Shown piece by piece: positions 9,713 through 18,970 of a stretch of 64,000 bases of DNA. This DNA is from Candidatus Kerfeldbacteria bacterium. GTDB lineage: Bacteria > Patescibacteriota > Patescibacteriia > SBBC01 > CAIJZX01. The notes beneath the pieces were generated by a model. It had not been told where the DNA came from, made no database searches, and saw nothing but the letters and a program-made list of their open reading frames with translations. The translations under genes and the position numbers were made by a program. Within the stretch, counting starts at the first letter, position 1; every line of letters begins with the position of its first letter. The stretch covers positions 91,981-155,980 of the forward strand of contig JACPSJ010000001.1 of the NCBI GenBank assembly GCA_016193315.1. Direction: 5' to 3'.

Positions 9713-11524
9713 CTAGACGGCGGCCACTCTTTCGTCCAGCCGGCGCTGTCGAACCTCAGACACGAAGGCCACCAGCTCATCGCCGACCTGGATGATTGGG
9801 TCGCCTTCGACTTTCAGCCCAGCTTCGTTCCCGACGGTGACCGTCTCGGTGTTCTGTTTGTTCTGCTGCAGCTGCGTGATTTTGCTTCTGGTCAAGGTTT
9901 GGCCCTGACGGATGACGTCGACGCCGGCGCTGGCCCGCATGTGGCCGGTGGTGACTTTACCGCCGACGACTTGGAACGTATTCTCATGGCGAAAAACAGC
10001 CAGAATCTTCAGCCGGCCGATCTCTTTTTCCTCGGCCACCGGCTGCAACATCGTTTCCAGCTGCGCTTGGACGTCGTCGAGTAGGTCGTAAATGACCTTG
10101 AATGACCTGATCGTCAAACCCTTGCTGCGAGCCAACTGGTCGGCTTTCGGAGAGATCGGAACATTGAATCCATAGATCGCTGCTTTTGCCACCTCGGCTC
10201 GCAAGACTTCAGTTTCGGTGATGATGCCCAAGCCCCGCTGCACGATCTCGACGCCCACCTCGGGATGGACGAACTTCTTCAGTGACTCGGTGATGGCTTC
10301 GGCCGAACCGAGGGTGTCGGTCTTGAGGATGACGTGTAGTTTCTCAACCCGCGGTTTCTTATCCGTCTCCTTTTTTTCGCCTTTCTTGCTAATGACCGTG
10401 GGACGTCGTCCCACCACGGTTTGGAGATGATGGACAATCTGGTGACCCCTCACTTTTTTCTTCAACTCACGAACCTCATCAGGAGCGACGCGTAGAATGT
10501 CGCCGATTTGCGGCGCGGCCTTGAGACCCAGGATTTGAACCGGCGTGGAGGGCGTGGCGGCGGCGATCGGTTGTCCGCGGTCAGTTTTCATCGATCGGAC
10601 TTTACCCCAGACCTGACCGACGAGCACGTCATCGCCGAGGTGAAGCGTGCCAGCGTGGATCAAGACCGAGGCCAGCGGCCCCTGCTGCGGGTCAACGTGC
10701 GACTCAATGATCGTCCCCACCGCCGGTCGGTTCGGGTTGACCATCATCGCCTCGGGATGAACGTCCGCCAACAGCAGGACCGACTCCAGCAGTTCGGGTA
10801 GCCCGGCCTTTGTTTTGGCCGAGGCGAGAACCACCGGCGTTTGGCCACCGAACTCTTCGATCAGCACCTTATGTTCCGCCAATTCCTTCTTCACTCGCTC
10901 CGGCTGAGCCTCGTCTTTGTCCGTTTTAGTCAGAGCCACGATGTACGGAATGCCAGCGTGATGAATAATATCGAGCGCTTCCAGGGTTTGCGGTTTGACG
11001 CCGTCATCCGCGGCCACCACTAGGATGGCCACGTCGGCAATTTTGGCTCCCCGCGCGCGCATTTGGGCGAAGGCTTCATGTCCTGGCGTGTCGACAAAAG
11101 AAACCTGTCGTCCGCGGTCGGTGATTTGGTAAGCGCCGATGCGCTGGGTGATACCGCCGGCTTCACCGGCCGTGACTGCGGTTTGACGAATGGCGTCGAG
11201 GAGCGACGTCTTGCCGTGGTCAACATGGCCCATGACCACCACCACCGGTGGGCGAGCCACTAGCTTAGTCCCAGCCTTTTCCTTCAAGTATTGATCGACC
11301 GTCTGCGCCGGGGCGGCCGCTTCTTCCGCCGACTGCAGCTCGACTTTCTTCCCCAAGTCCTCGGCGATGATGACCGCGGTGTCGAAGTCAATCTCCTCAT
11401 TGAGGGCGGCCATAATGCCGTTCTTGATCAACTCGGCGGTGACGGTGGTGATCGGTAAACTAAGTTTAGCCGCTAAGTCGCGGACGATGATGGTGGGAGG
11501 GATTTTGACTATCGATTCCGGCAT
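9713..11524 (-). CDS. infB: translation initiation factor IF-2 (short form)
   Basis: RPPVVVVMGHVDHGKTSLLD, DTPGHEAF, DIAILVVAADDG-like motif. Confidence 0.97.
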   Translation of the reverse strand: MPESIVKIPPTIIVRDLAAKLSLPITTVTAELIKNGIMAALNEEIDFDTAVIIAEDLGKKVELQSAEEAAAPAQTVDQYLKEKAGTKLVARPPVVVVMGHVDHGKTSLLDAIRQTAVTAGEAGGITQRIGAYQITDRGRQVSFVDTPGHEAFAQMRARGAKIADVAILVVAADDGVKPQTLEALDIIHHAGIPYIVALTKTDKDEAQPERVKKELAEHKVLIEEFGGQTPVVLASAKTKAGLPELLESVLLLADVHPEAMMVNPNRPAVGTIIESHVDPQQGPLASVLIHAGTLHLGDDVLVGQVWGKVRSMKTDRGQPIAAATPSTPVQILGLKAAPQIGDILRVAPDEVRELKKKVRGHQIVHHLQTVVGRRPTVISKKGEKKETDKKPRVEKLHVILKTDTLGSAEAITESLKKFVHPEVGVEIVQRGLGIITETEVLRAEVAKAAIYGFNVPISPKADQLARSKGLTIRSFKVIYDLLDDVQAQLETMLQPVAEEKEIGRLKILAVFRHENTFQVVGGKVTTGHMRASAGVDVIRQGQTLTRSKITQLQQNKQNTETVTVGNEAGLKVEGDPIIQVGDELVAFVSEVRQRRLDERVAAV

Positions 11525-11563
11525 CGTCAGAGCCCGGAAAGAATACGGAAAAAAGCGCTGATT

Positions 11564-11676
11564 GTCAATCCCGTTAGAGTCAAAAATATTCCTGAGACAT
11601 CATGACTCAATGAATGTCTCAGACAGAAAAAGCCGGTCTATAATCTTCTGTGTCTCGCGACGCTAGCGGGATTGGC
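11564..11676. mobile_element. CCCGTTAG-TIR miniature element, copy 1
   Basis: gtcaatcccgttag ... ctagcgggattggc. Confidence 0.6.
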
Positions 11677-11684
11677 GTCTACTG

Positions 11685-13847
11685 TTACTGAACGACGACG
11701 GTTTGATCAGGACCGAAGGCGCACGCTCCGGCCGCGGTGCAAGCCCGGATGCGGAAATGATAGGTGGTTTTGAATTCGGCGTAAAACGACGTCCGGTGAG
11801 ACGAGGCCAGGGTGTTCTGGAATGTTTGGCCGGAAGAATATGAATCGGTTAGACCCTGGAAGAGAGCCGTGTAGGCCGCTTCCGATGTCGTCCAGGTGAC
11901 CGTCACCGAGTTGTTCTGGATGGTGGTCTTGATGTTCTTGATGGTCGGGCTGGTTGGCAGTCGCCCCGGGCCGTTCGGGTTGTAGCCGTTGGCCGCCTCC
12001 TCGCCGTCGGGGTAGCCGTCTTGATCGCTGTCACGTGAGTAGGCCTGGGTTTGGAACAGCGATTCCTCCATGGTCGACAAGCCATCGCCATCGTCATCCT
12101 TGGCTTCGGCTGCGCGCTGCTGATCCATTTTTGTTTGCTGGGCTTGTTGTTCGTCAGTTTGCTCTTGTGGCTGCGTTTCTTCGTATGGCGTTTTCTTCTC
12201 AATCGAAATGTCTTTGCTCGTGGCCGTGTTCAGTCCCTCAACGTGCTCTTCTTTATAGTAGCTTTCGACTTTATCGGTGATCTTCATCTGGTACGTTAAC
12301 CGGTAGTCATCAGCTTCGGTTTTGTACCCGAACGTTTTGCCAGTGTAGAGGTCGATAATACTCAAGCTCTTGACTAAGCCGGGCACAGAGTATTGGCAAT
12401 CATACTCGATCGAGTCGAAATCAACGCGGCCAGCATTCGTATTCTTGTTAGCCGTTGCTCGCCGTTCGCAATCTTGACTGATGGTCTTGATGCCAGCCAC
12501 CAGCTCGGCCAGCGTCGCCGGGTAACGGTTATTGGATTTCTGGTATACGCGGAGGGCCTGCAGTACATCCTGCACCCGATTCCTTTGTTTTTCGAATTTC
12601 TGCTGATCCTCACTGACGCCGGTTACCAGCCGCACCGCCTCGTCGTAGCCGATGGTCGAGGCCGGGGGGCTGATAGTCAATCGCTGGTTGACTTTCTCCA
12701 GGGTAAACTCCAGCCCCAGACGGATCTGCTTGCCTTTGAGGCGCTCGTTGTCAGCGGTGGGGACAACAATCAAATTCCAGCGGACTTGACGCAGATACCC
12801 GGTGACGCGATCGATCCAAATTTCAAATCGTGAGTTGGCTACCAAACTCCTCAACAGTTCTTGTGTCTCTGGTCGTTCCAGGTCGGCGATGATTTTGTCG
12901 AATCGCTTGACGTCCTCCTCCTGGCCCTGCCGCTCATCGCGGAGCGCCCGATAGACCTCATCGATCTGATCCGTGTCGACGGCGATCAGGTAGTGTTCTG
13001 ACCGCACGCCGCCAACGGTCTCGGCGGCCAGTTTCTGCTTGACGGAGAATACTTTCCCATCCAGGGCGCGCTGGAGAGCCTGCTGCAACGTGGCGATGGC
13101 CGCTTTGGTGTCGGCCTGCTCGAGCGTATCTTCGGTCAGGAAATCAAAACCATCTTGGGGCGTAATTCTGACCCACTTCTCCTTCACGCCGGAGAGGTCG
13201 AGAAAGAAGAAGCTGGGGAACTTCCGGATAATACCGTAGATGATTTCGTCTTTCTTTAGGGCCTCAATGTTGACCGCCACCAGCGTGTCTCCGCCGGCGT
13301 AGGTAGCGTCGATGCGTAATCGGCCGTCCGCCTCTTTGACTGGTTGATCAGCTTCTAGGTACAGGCTGACACCGCCAGTAAAGTTGATGTCACTGGGGAT
13401 GGTGCGGAGTGCCGTGTCCGGATCAAACAGTCCGAGGTATAAACCAAGCGGCCCCTCCCCTTCCGGCAGCAGGCCGTTGATATTCTGGTTCGGCTTGATG
13501 GCGATGGGTTTTGATTGACCATCGTGCGGTTCCGCCTTGATCGTGAGCCGGACTGAGTATTCCGCGTTCTCGATCTGGCTGATCGAATCGATCATCTTGC
13601 CAAACAGCGCGTCCGCCTTGGGAGTTAAGAACGGGATCGATAGGTAGCCGCGGCTATACGCCACGTAACCGCCGCCGAGCAGGCCGCCGGCAACGACCAA
13701 GACAATGGTGAACCAGACCCACCGTTTGCCCCGGCCGGCCGGTGGCGATTCCGGCTGGACCCTCATCGAGGGCACCGTCATGCCGCCAGGCGCGTCAGGC
13801 AAGTGGAGCGGTGTTTCAGGCGCCGGCGGAGCAGTTTGTTGATTCAC
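11685..13847 (-). CDS. membrane-anchored surface protein with Ca-binding DxDxDG repeats and an FN3-like C-terminus
   Basis: N-terminal TM; DDDGDGLS..EE and DSDQDGYPDGEE..NGYNP repeats; VTWTT...YHFRIRA. Confidence 0.75.
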   Translation of the reverse strand: MNQQTAPPAPETPLHLPDAPGGMTVPSMRVQPESPPAGRGKRWVWFTIVLVVAGGLLGGGYVAYSRGYLSIPFLTPKADALFGKMIDSISQIENAEYSVRLTIKAEPHDGQSKPIAIKPNQNINGLLPEGEGPLGLYLGLFDPDTALRTIPSDINFTGGVSLYLEADQPVKEADGRLRIDATYAGGDTLVAVNIEALKKDEIIYGIIRKFPSFFFLDLSGVKEKWVRITPQDGFDFLTEDTLEQADTKAAIATLQQALQRALDGKVFSVKQKLAAETVGGVRSEHYLIAVDTDQIDEVYRALRDERQGQEEDVKRFDKIIADLERPETQELLRSLVANSRFEIWIDRVTGYLRQVRWNLIVVPTADNERLKGKQIRLGLEFTLEKVNQRLTISPPASTIGYDEAVRLVTGVSEDQQKFEKQRNRVQDVLQALRVYQKSNNRYPATLAELVAGIKTISQDCERRATANKNTNAGRVDFDSIEYDCQYSVPGLVKSLSIIDLYTGKTFGYKTEADDYRLTYQMKITDKVESYYKEEHVEGLNTATSKDISIEKKTPYEETQPQEQTDEQQAQQTKMDQQRAAEAKDDDGDGLSTMEESLFQTQAYSRDSDQDGYPDGEEAANGYNPNGPGRLPTSPTIKNIKTTIQNNSVTVTWTTSEAAYTALFQGLTDSYSSGQTFQNTLASSHRTSFYAEFKTTYHFRIRACTAAGACAFGPDQTVVVQ

Positions 13848-13891
13848 GGGGCGTGTTTTCGTCGGGTGTAGCTAAGTCCAGATTACCATGT

Positions 13892-14533
13892 TCAGGCGGC
13901 CGATGTCACTGGTGGCAGCACCCTAACCTCAATTCCGGCTGGCACCAATGATTTGAATTTCTTGGCGTCGTCGACAGAGCCAATGATCGTACCGTAGTGC
14001 ATCGGGATAGCGATTTTCGGTTTGATTCGGACGGCTGCTTGGGCCGCTTCGTCAGCCGTCATGACATACGTTCCGGACACCGGCAGCAGAGCGATGTCGC
14101 AGTGGATGTGATCCATCTCCGGGATCAAGTCGGTGTCACCGGCGTGGTAAATCCGCCAGCCGTCGATGGCTAAGATGTACCCCACCCGCCGGTCGGCTGG
14201 GGGGTGGAACCTCTTGCCGATGTTGTACGCCGGGACAGCTTCGATTATTACGCCTTTCATTTCTAGCCGCTCGCCCGGCTGAAGAACAGTGCGTTTTCCG
14301 GGCAGCGGTTGGTTGGCGCACACCCGGGGTGCGATAACCGCGGTCGTGGTGGCCGCCACCTTCTCGACGTCCTCGACCGAACAATGGTCGAAGTGCTCAT
14401 GGGTAATACAAACAAAATCCGCCGGCTCAGCGCCGGCCGGTAGTTTCCAGGGGTCCAGGTAGACCGTTATCTGTCCGTTGGAAATTTGGAACGCGTCGTG
14501 TCCGTACCAGTGCAACTGTGGCTCCGTGGCCAT
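13892..14533 (-). CDS. MBL-fold metallo-hydrolase
   Basis: ITHEHFDH, IYHAGDT, IPMHYG. Confidence 0.9.
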   Translation of the reverse strand: MATEPQLHWYGHDAFQISNGQITVYLDPWKLPAGAEPADFVCITHEHFDHCSVEDVEKVAATTTAVIAPRVCANQPLPGKRTVLQPGERLEMKGVIIEAVPAYNIGKRFHPPADRRVGYILAIDGWRIYHAGDTDLIPEMDHIHCDIALLPVSGTYVMTADEAAQAAVRIKPKIAIPMHYGTIIGSVDDAKKFKSLVPAGIEVRVLPPVTSAA

Positions 14534-14535
14534 GG

Positions 14536-15276
14536 TTAAATCTGACGCTGACGACCGACGATGACCCCTAGTTTCTGCGGCGCGACTTCAATGGTCCGCG
14601 GCGCCTTGAGCACGATTTGGCCGTCGAGCAGCAGGCTGGCGGCCGGGGCCGAACTGGCGATGGTGGCTCGGCGGATGAGGAAGACGCTGGACGGTCCGTA
14701 ATGACGGCGCCAGAGCGACCAGCCATGGGCGTCCGACTTGACGATCAGCTCCAGCCGGCCGTCAGTCGGCCGCCTCTCGAGGTCGTCAGAGCCGAGGTTG
14801 CCGATGACAAAGGTATTGGCTGGATCAACTGAGGCCACCGTATATTGGCCGTCACACTCAACCCGCTCGACGGCGGTCAGCCGCGCATCGCGGAGGAAAT
14901 ACTGATTGTCTACTTTTCCGACGTCCAGGTGGCGGATGATTCGGCGCGACAGCACGTCGCAAGCCGCCAGCCCGGTCGGAATACCGAGCGCCGCGGCGAT
15001 TGTTTGCGGCTGCCCGAACGGAATCAATCCGAGCGTCACGCCACCATCAACAACCAACGGTAAAAGTTTCGTGACCGTCTGGTCGTTGCCGACCGCGACG
15101 ACCGTCGTGGCGCCGCGACGAATAGCCTCTTTTGCCGCCTCGGCGAGATTCTTCAAGATGGTAATTTTTTCGAAACGTCCTTGGATGCCGAGCTGGGCCA
15201 AGCGGTTTTCGATGCGGAGGAGTTCGGTTTGATATTTCTTGTCGTGGAGGAAGCCGTCGACGAGGTAGGCGTACAT
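14536..15276 (-). CDS. diacylglycerol kinase family protein
   Basis: VVAVGNDQT, LGLIP.G, LDVGKV, DGRLE, LDGQ. Confidence 0.8.
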   Translation of the reverse strand: MYAYLVDGFLHDKKYQTELLRIENRLAQLGIQGRFEKITILKNLAEAAKEAIRRGATTVVAVGNDQTVTKLLPLVVDGGVTLGLIPFGQPQTIAAALGIPTGLAACDVLSRRIIRHLDVGKVDNQYFLRDARLTAVERVECDGQYTVASVDPANTFVIGNLGSDDLERRPTDGRLELIVKSDAHGWSLWRRHYGPSSVFLIRRATIASSAPAASLLLDGQIVLKAPRTIEVAPQKLGVIVGRQRQI

Positions 15277-15282
15277 ACTTGT

Positions 15283-15663
15283 CTAGCCCTTGGTCGGCGG
15301 GGCGGGTTCCTGATTGGCCATGGTGATTTTTCCGTGGAGGATTGCGCCGTGTGCGACCACAATGCTCTTCGTGTCGACGTTGCCAAAAATCTTGGCCGTC
15401 GAAGCCAACTCGATCTTTCCCTGGCACTTGATGTGGCCACGGATTTCGCCGGCCACGGTAATGTTAGCGGCTTCGACTTCGGCTTTGACCACAGCTCCTG
15501 GCCCGACGCGTAGGCTCTTACTCGTTTTTAGACTACCGGCCACGTGGCCCTCGACCACGACATCCCCCCCGCCGACAAAATTCCCATCAACTTTAACCGT
15601 TGAGCCGATAATCGTCTCCACATCCCGCCCATGCTCGCTACTGTCTTTGGCGAACATCCCCAT
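15283..15663 (-). CDS. bactofilin (polymer-forming cytoskeletal protein)
   Basis: ETIIG..VKVDGN...VEG...G.I.G repeats of the bactofilin beta-helix. Confidence 0.9.
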   Translation of the reverse strand: MGMFAKDSSEHGRDVETIIGSTVKVDGNFVGGGDVVVEGHVAGSLKTSKSLRVGPGAVVKAEVEAANITVAGEIRGHIKCQGKIELASTAKIFGNVDTKSIVVAHGAILHGKITMANQEPAPPTKG

Positions 15664-16050
15664 TGACTCCGATGCTCAGTGTTGAGAAAAACGTGGCTAT
15701 TGTACGCTGTGCAGGCTCGGCTGTCAACGAAATTTTGTGCCGAAAAAAGGTTGGCTTAGGAAAGTAACCAATGTTTTGCTGTGACTCGCACTAGTGTATG
15801 ACTTTCATTTAGCTGCCAGTAGACTTCTCCGACGCCGGTACTCACGACATCAGAAAGCATCGGATTAACAAGCTCAGAATATTTATTGGGGCAATGAGGG
15901 GTTCGGCCGCCAAGTTCGCATTAGGGAAAAGCAAATGCACAATAACTTCGATACTGTATGGTAGTTAGAGCGATTGGAACAGGATTGTCGTCTGATGTCA
16001 AGGTAAGTGTACTTTCGGAGTGTCGCATAGTCAGGTAAACTAGGCGCTGC

Positions 16051-16218
16051 ATGGCAGTGGACAACATCAAACAAGACCTTATAAGGCTGCTGATCATTTC
16101 AGTCTTTCTAGTGGCAGCATTCATTAGTTTGAAAATCGTAGACAGCCACACTAGTAGAATTGATCAAGTTGGCAGGACCCTGTGGGAAAGGGTGGTTGAT
16201 GAGAAATCAGGGAGATAA
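16051..16218 (+). CDS. small membrane protein (55 aa)
   Basis: own translation: MAVDNIKQDLIRLLIISVFLVAAFISLKIVDSHTSRIDQVGRTLWERVVDEKSGR. Confidence 0.55.
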   Translation: MAVDNIKQDLIRLLIISVFLVAAFISLKIVDSHTSRIDQVGRTLWERVVDEKSGR

Positions 16219-16283
16219 CATTTTGCGACACTATGTTTTCAATACGATAAAAATGGGTCTTAGGATTTATAAAGCACGATTGC

Positions 16284-16356
16284 GCCCCTGTAGTTCAATT
16301 GGATAGAACGGCCCCGTCCTAAGGGGCAAATCCTGGTTCAAGTCCAGGTAGGGGCA
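16284..16356 (+). tRNA. tRNA-Arg(CCT)
   Basis: cloverleaf; anticodon arm gcccc-gtCCTaa-ggggc; T arm cctgg-ttcaagt-ccagg. Confidence 0.93.
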
Positions 16357-16397
16357 AAGCAAATGCGTATCTAAGACTCGTGTTTATCAGCACTGAC

Positions 16398-16556
16398 GGG
16401 ATATAAATTGTCTGTAGACTTGCGTCCCGCGCCAATTTTGGGCCGTTAGCTCAGTTGGTAGAGCACTTCCATGGCATGGAAGGGGTCAGGAGTTCGAGTC
16501 TCCTACGGTCCAGAATTGCGGCGGGAAGGCGACCGGTTCCACCCCGGTATGTTCCA
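16398..16556 (+). pseudogene. split decayed tRNA-Ala shell around tRNA-Ala(GGC)
   Basis: gggatat (16398) pairs with atgttcc-a (16549-56) including G3:U70; T arm accgg-ttccacc-ccggt. Confidence 0.55.
16440..16512 (+). tRNA. tRNA-Ala(GGC)
   Basis: cloverleaf; cttcc-atGGCat-ggaag; G3:U70. Confidence 0.95.
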
Positions 16557-16696
16557 GCAATGGCTCGGAAAGGTAAGGACTTTAGAGTCCAAACGGTCGA
16601 AAGCAGACACGACGTTCTTCCTATCGAGTTAGAACGTGATAAGGTTTCCAATGGTAATAACATAGATAATGCCATCCAAATGAGTAATTTTTTAGA

Positions 16697-16776
16697 TGTT
16701 CCACGAGGAACAATCAGGTATTAGGAGATGTTCCACGAGGAACAATCGCAAAAACGAAAATGTTCCACGAGGAACA
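16697..16776. repeat. three parS-like sites TGTTCCACGAGGAACA
   Basis: identical 16-mers at 16697, 16729 and 16761; one mismatch from the palindrome TGTTCCACGTGGAACA. Confidence 0.75.
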
Positions 16777-16805
16777 TTGACAAGAGAAAGGTAAAGTGTT
16801 ATAGT
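16777..16805 (+). promoter_or_regulatory. sigma70 promoter of the tRNA-Ala region
   Basis: TTGACA-17-TATAGT with extended TG. Confidence 0.8.
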
Positions 16806-16878
16806 ATGGGGAGTTCTCATTGATGACTCTTTGAATCAAGGTAATTTGCATAGTATCGCATTCGTACTCTCAAAAGCT

Positions 16879-16947
16879 GGGGATGTAGTTCACCCGTAAT
16901 TTCCTAGAGGGCGGGCAATGGCCGGGCATCTCATTCGTCCCCCACCA
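16879..16947 (+). pseudogene. decayed tRNA-Ala-like remnant
   Basis: ggggatgtagttca ... cgtcccccacca; its 5' end also pairs with catctcc-acca at 17111-17121. Confidence 0.5.
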
Positions 16948-16950
16948 TTT

Positions 16951-17191
16951 GGGCTCATAGCTCAATTGGTAGAGAACTGCATTCGACCAGTACCTTTTCC
17001 GGGCCGTTAGCTCAGCTGGTAGAGCGCTGCATTCGCATTGCAGAGGTCAGCGGTTCGAATCCGCTACGGTCCAAAAAAGGTGCTGGACGGGGTTGGGGGT
17101 TCAAATCCCTCATCTCCACCAAACACAGGCAAGCAGGCGGGGCGCCGCAGTAGCATTGCGGAGTTGGCCGGTTCGATTGCGGCTGGGTCCA
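16951..17191 (+). pseudogene. split decayed tRNA-Ala(CGC) shell
   Basis: 5' half 16951-16985 plus 3' half 17154-17191 rejoin into a near-complete tRNA-Ala(CGC). Confidence 0.7.
17001..17073 (+). tRNA. tRNA-Ala(CGC)
   Basis: cloverleaf; ctgca-ttCGCat-tgcag. Confidence 0.95.
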
Positions 17192-17254
17192 AATGGTGGT
17201 GTTTAGAGCTTCAGGGTTCAAATCGGCTAGACCCGCGGACTATTTTCTGAAATC

Positions 17255-18088
17255 ATGGAGAAATTATTCATCAAGAATCGTCATAATCAGAAGTTAGCCG
17301 TTGTAGTTGAGAAAAGGCCGAGCCAAGCAGGGCTTGCTTTTGTCATGCACGGGCAGAGCGGATTTAAGGAACAACCCCACGTTCGAACGTTTATTGATGC
17401 ATTCCTAGAAAAAGGGTTTACGGTCGTCAGTTTTGATGTTGCAAACACCATTGGAGAGAGCGAAGGCAACGCGTCAGACGCAACCATCACGAGTTATTAC
17501 GAGGACTTAGTGGATGTTGTGAAATGGTCTGAATCACAAGAATGGTACGAAGAACCATTTGCTCTTGCTGGGCATAGCCTAGGAGGTATTTGTAGTGCTT
17601 TGTACGCGGAGAACCACCCCTCCAAAGTTAAGGCACTTGCGCCTATATCAACAGTTGTGTCGGGAAAACTAAGCTATGAAGCCCATCCGAAAGAAGAACT
17701 CAAAGAATGGAAGCGTACCGGGTGGCAAATAAAGCACAGTAAATCCAAGCCTGGCGTCACAATACGACTTCCTTGGTCAAATATGGAAGATCGTCTGAAA
17801 TACGATTTACTAAAAAAAGCGGGTCAGCTTACAATGCCAGTTTTGTTAATAGTTGGAGAAAAAGATGACGGGACTCCACCGAAACACCAAAAACTACTCT
17901 TTGATGCAATTCCGGGCAACAAAGAGCTTCATGTCATCAGGGATGCGCCACACACTTTTCGAGAAAAGGCACAGCTAGATGAGATTAAATATATATTTCT
18001 GAAGTGGATCGACAAAGTGAAAGCATTTGCCGCGAAAGAAAAATCGAATAAGATTGTTTCCCACGGCTTCGGTGGCGGAAAAACTTGA
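17255..18088 (+). CDS. alpha/beta hydrolase
   Basis: MHG, GHSLGG nucleophile elbow, GEKDD, APHTF; lower GC than flanks. Confidence 0.9.
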   Translation: MEKLFIKNRHNQKLAVVVEKRPSQAGLAFVMHGQSGFKEQPHVRTFIDAFLEKGFTVVSFDVANTIGESEGNASDATITSYYEDLVDVVKWSESQEWYEEPFALAGHSLGGICSALYAENHPSKVKALAPISTVVSGKLSYEAHPKEELKEWKRTGWQIKHSKSKPGVTIRLPWSNMEDRLKYDLLKKAGQLTMPVLLIVGEKDDGTPPKHQKLLFDAIPGNKELHVIRDAPHTFREKAQLDEIKYIFLKWIDKVKAFAAKEKSNKIVSHGFGGGKT

Positions 18089-18220
18089 AATTATCAAAAA
18101 GGACGTGGTTCGGTGGCGCCCCGAATTGCGATTTGAGGTGGTCCAAGACCGTTTTTCATTTTCCATTATCGTAAAAACTGTGGTCATGGTTAATGTAGTG
18201 GGGTTTGATTACCACTGGAC

Positions 18221-18329
18221 TCAACCCCGTTAGCAGTGGCCGAAACGCGCTCTCTGAAAAAGGCAACGATTCTCGCACCATCTAACACTTTGACGGAAAC
18301 CTCCGCACTTCCACTTCTAACGGGGTTGA
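18221..18329. mobile_element. CCCGTTAG-TIR miniature element, copy 2
   Basis: tcaaccccgttagcagtgg / ccacttctaacggggttga, 18 of 19 inverted match. Confidence 0.7.
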
Positions 18330-18354
18330 CAAATACCCCCTGGGGGTATATGCT
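18326..18354 (+). promoter_or_regulatory. promoter with CsoR/RcnR-type operator
   Basis: TTGACA-17-TATGCT enclosing the palindrome ATACCCCC-T-GGGGGTAT, directly before the CsoR-family gene. Confidence 0.8.
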
Positions 18355-18360
18355 GTGTAT

Positions 18361-18612
18361 ATGCGCCGCGCGTCACGGACTATCAGTGCTAGAATTCACC
18401 GCCTCATTGGCCAGCTGCGGGCGGTCGAGGGGATGATTGTACGGAAACGCTCGTGCACGGAGATCCTCTATCAGGTCAGCGCGGTGCGGGCCGGTATCGA
18501 GCAGGTAGCGAACATCCTGTTCTTACGGGAACTCGAGCGGCTAGCCAAGACGAAGAGATGGCGCGACCCGGATTTGGCCAAGTTAATTCAATTGTACTCT
18601 CAGACCACCTAG
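18361..18612 (+). CDS. CsoR/RcnR/FrmR family repressor
   Basis: RIHRLIGQLRAVEGMI...CTEILYQVSAVRAGI. Confidence 0.85.
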   Translation: MRRASRTISARIHRLIGQLRAVEGMIVRKRSCTEILYQVSAVRAGIEQVANILFLRELERLAKTKRWRDPDLAKLIQLYSQTT

Positions 18613-18616
18613 ACTG

Positions 18617-18940
18617 ATGCCCAAAGTCATTGTTAACGACAATAATTTTTCGCCCGAGGTATTGCAAGAAGCAAATCGCCCGGTGCTAGTCGATTTTTGG
18701 GCTACCTGGTGCTATCCCTGCCGCGTTCAGGGGCCGATCGTCGATGAGCTAGCCAAAGAGTTCGGCGATAAGGTGAAGGTCGCCAAGTTAGAAGTCGATG
18801 ACAGCCCGACGACGACCATGAAGTATGGCGTCTTGTCAATTCCGACGCTGGCCATCTTTAAGGCTGGCAAACTCGTTTGGCAAGGGGTCGGGGTCCATCA
18901 GAAAAACGCGCTGGCCGCCGAGCTACAGAAACACTTATGA
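18617..18940 (+). CDS. trxA: thioredoxin
   Basis: VLVDFWATWCYPCR, YGVLSIPT. Confidence 0.93.
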   Translation: MPKVIVNDNNFSPEVLQEANRPVLVDFWATWCYPCRVQGPIVDELAKEFGDKVKVAKLEVDDSPTTTMKYGVLSIPTLAIFKAGKLVWQGVGVHQKNALAAELQKHL

Positions 18941-18970
18941 CGTCGGGCGATTGACCGGGCCGAGACAGCG

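Noticed and set aside
16225-16400. Nested shell around tRNA-Arg(CCT)
   Set aside because: A flanking IR (gggtcttagg/tctaagactc) and a faint D-arm-like stretch exist, but no matching 3' acceptor strand was found.
16697-16776. CRISPR array
   Set aside because: The repeats and spacers are only 16 bp, there are no cas genes, and the sequence fits parS better.
16879-17121. tmRNA (GGGG...CCACCA ends with G3:U70)
   Set aside because: It is too short, its interior is occupied by tRNA sequence, and no tag ORF is evident.
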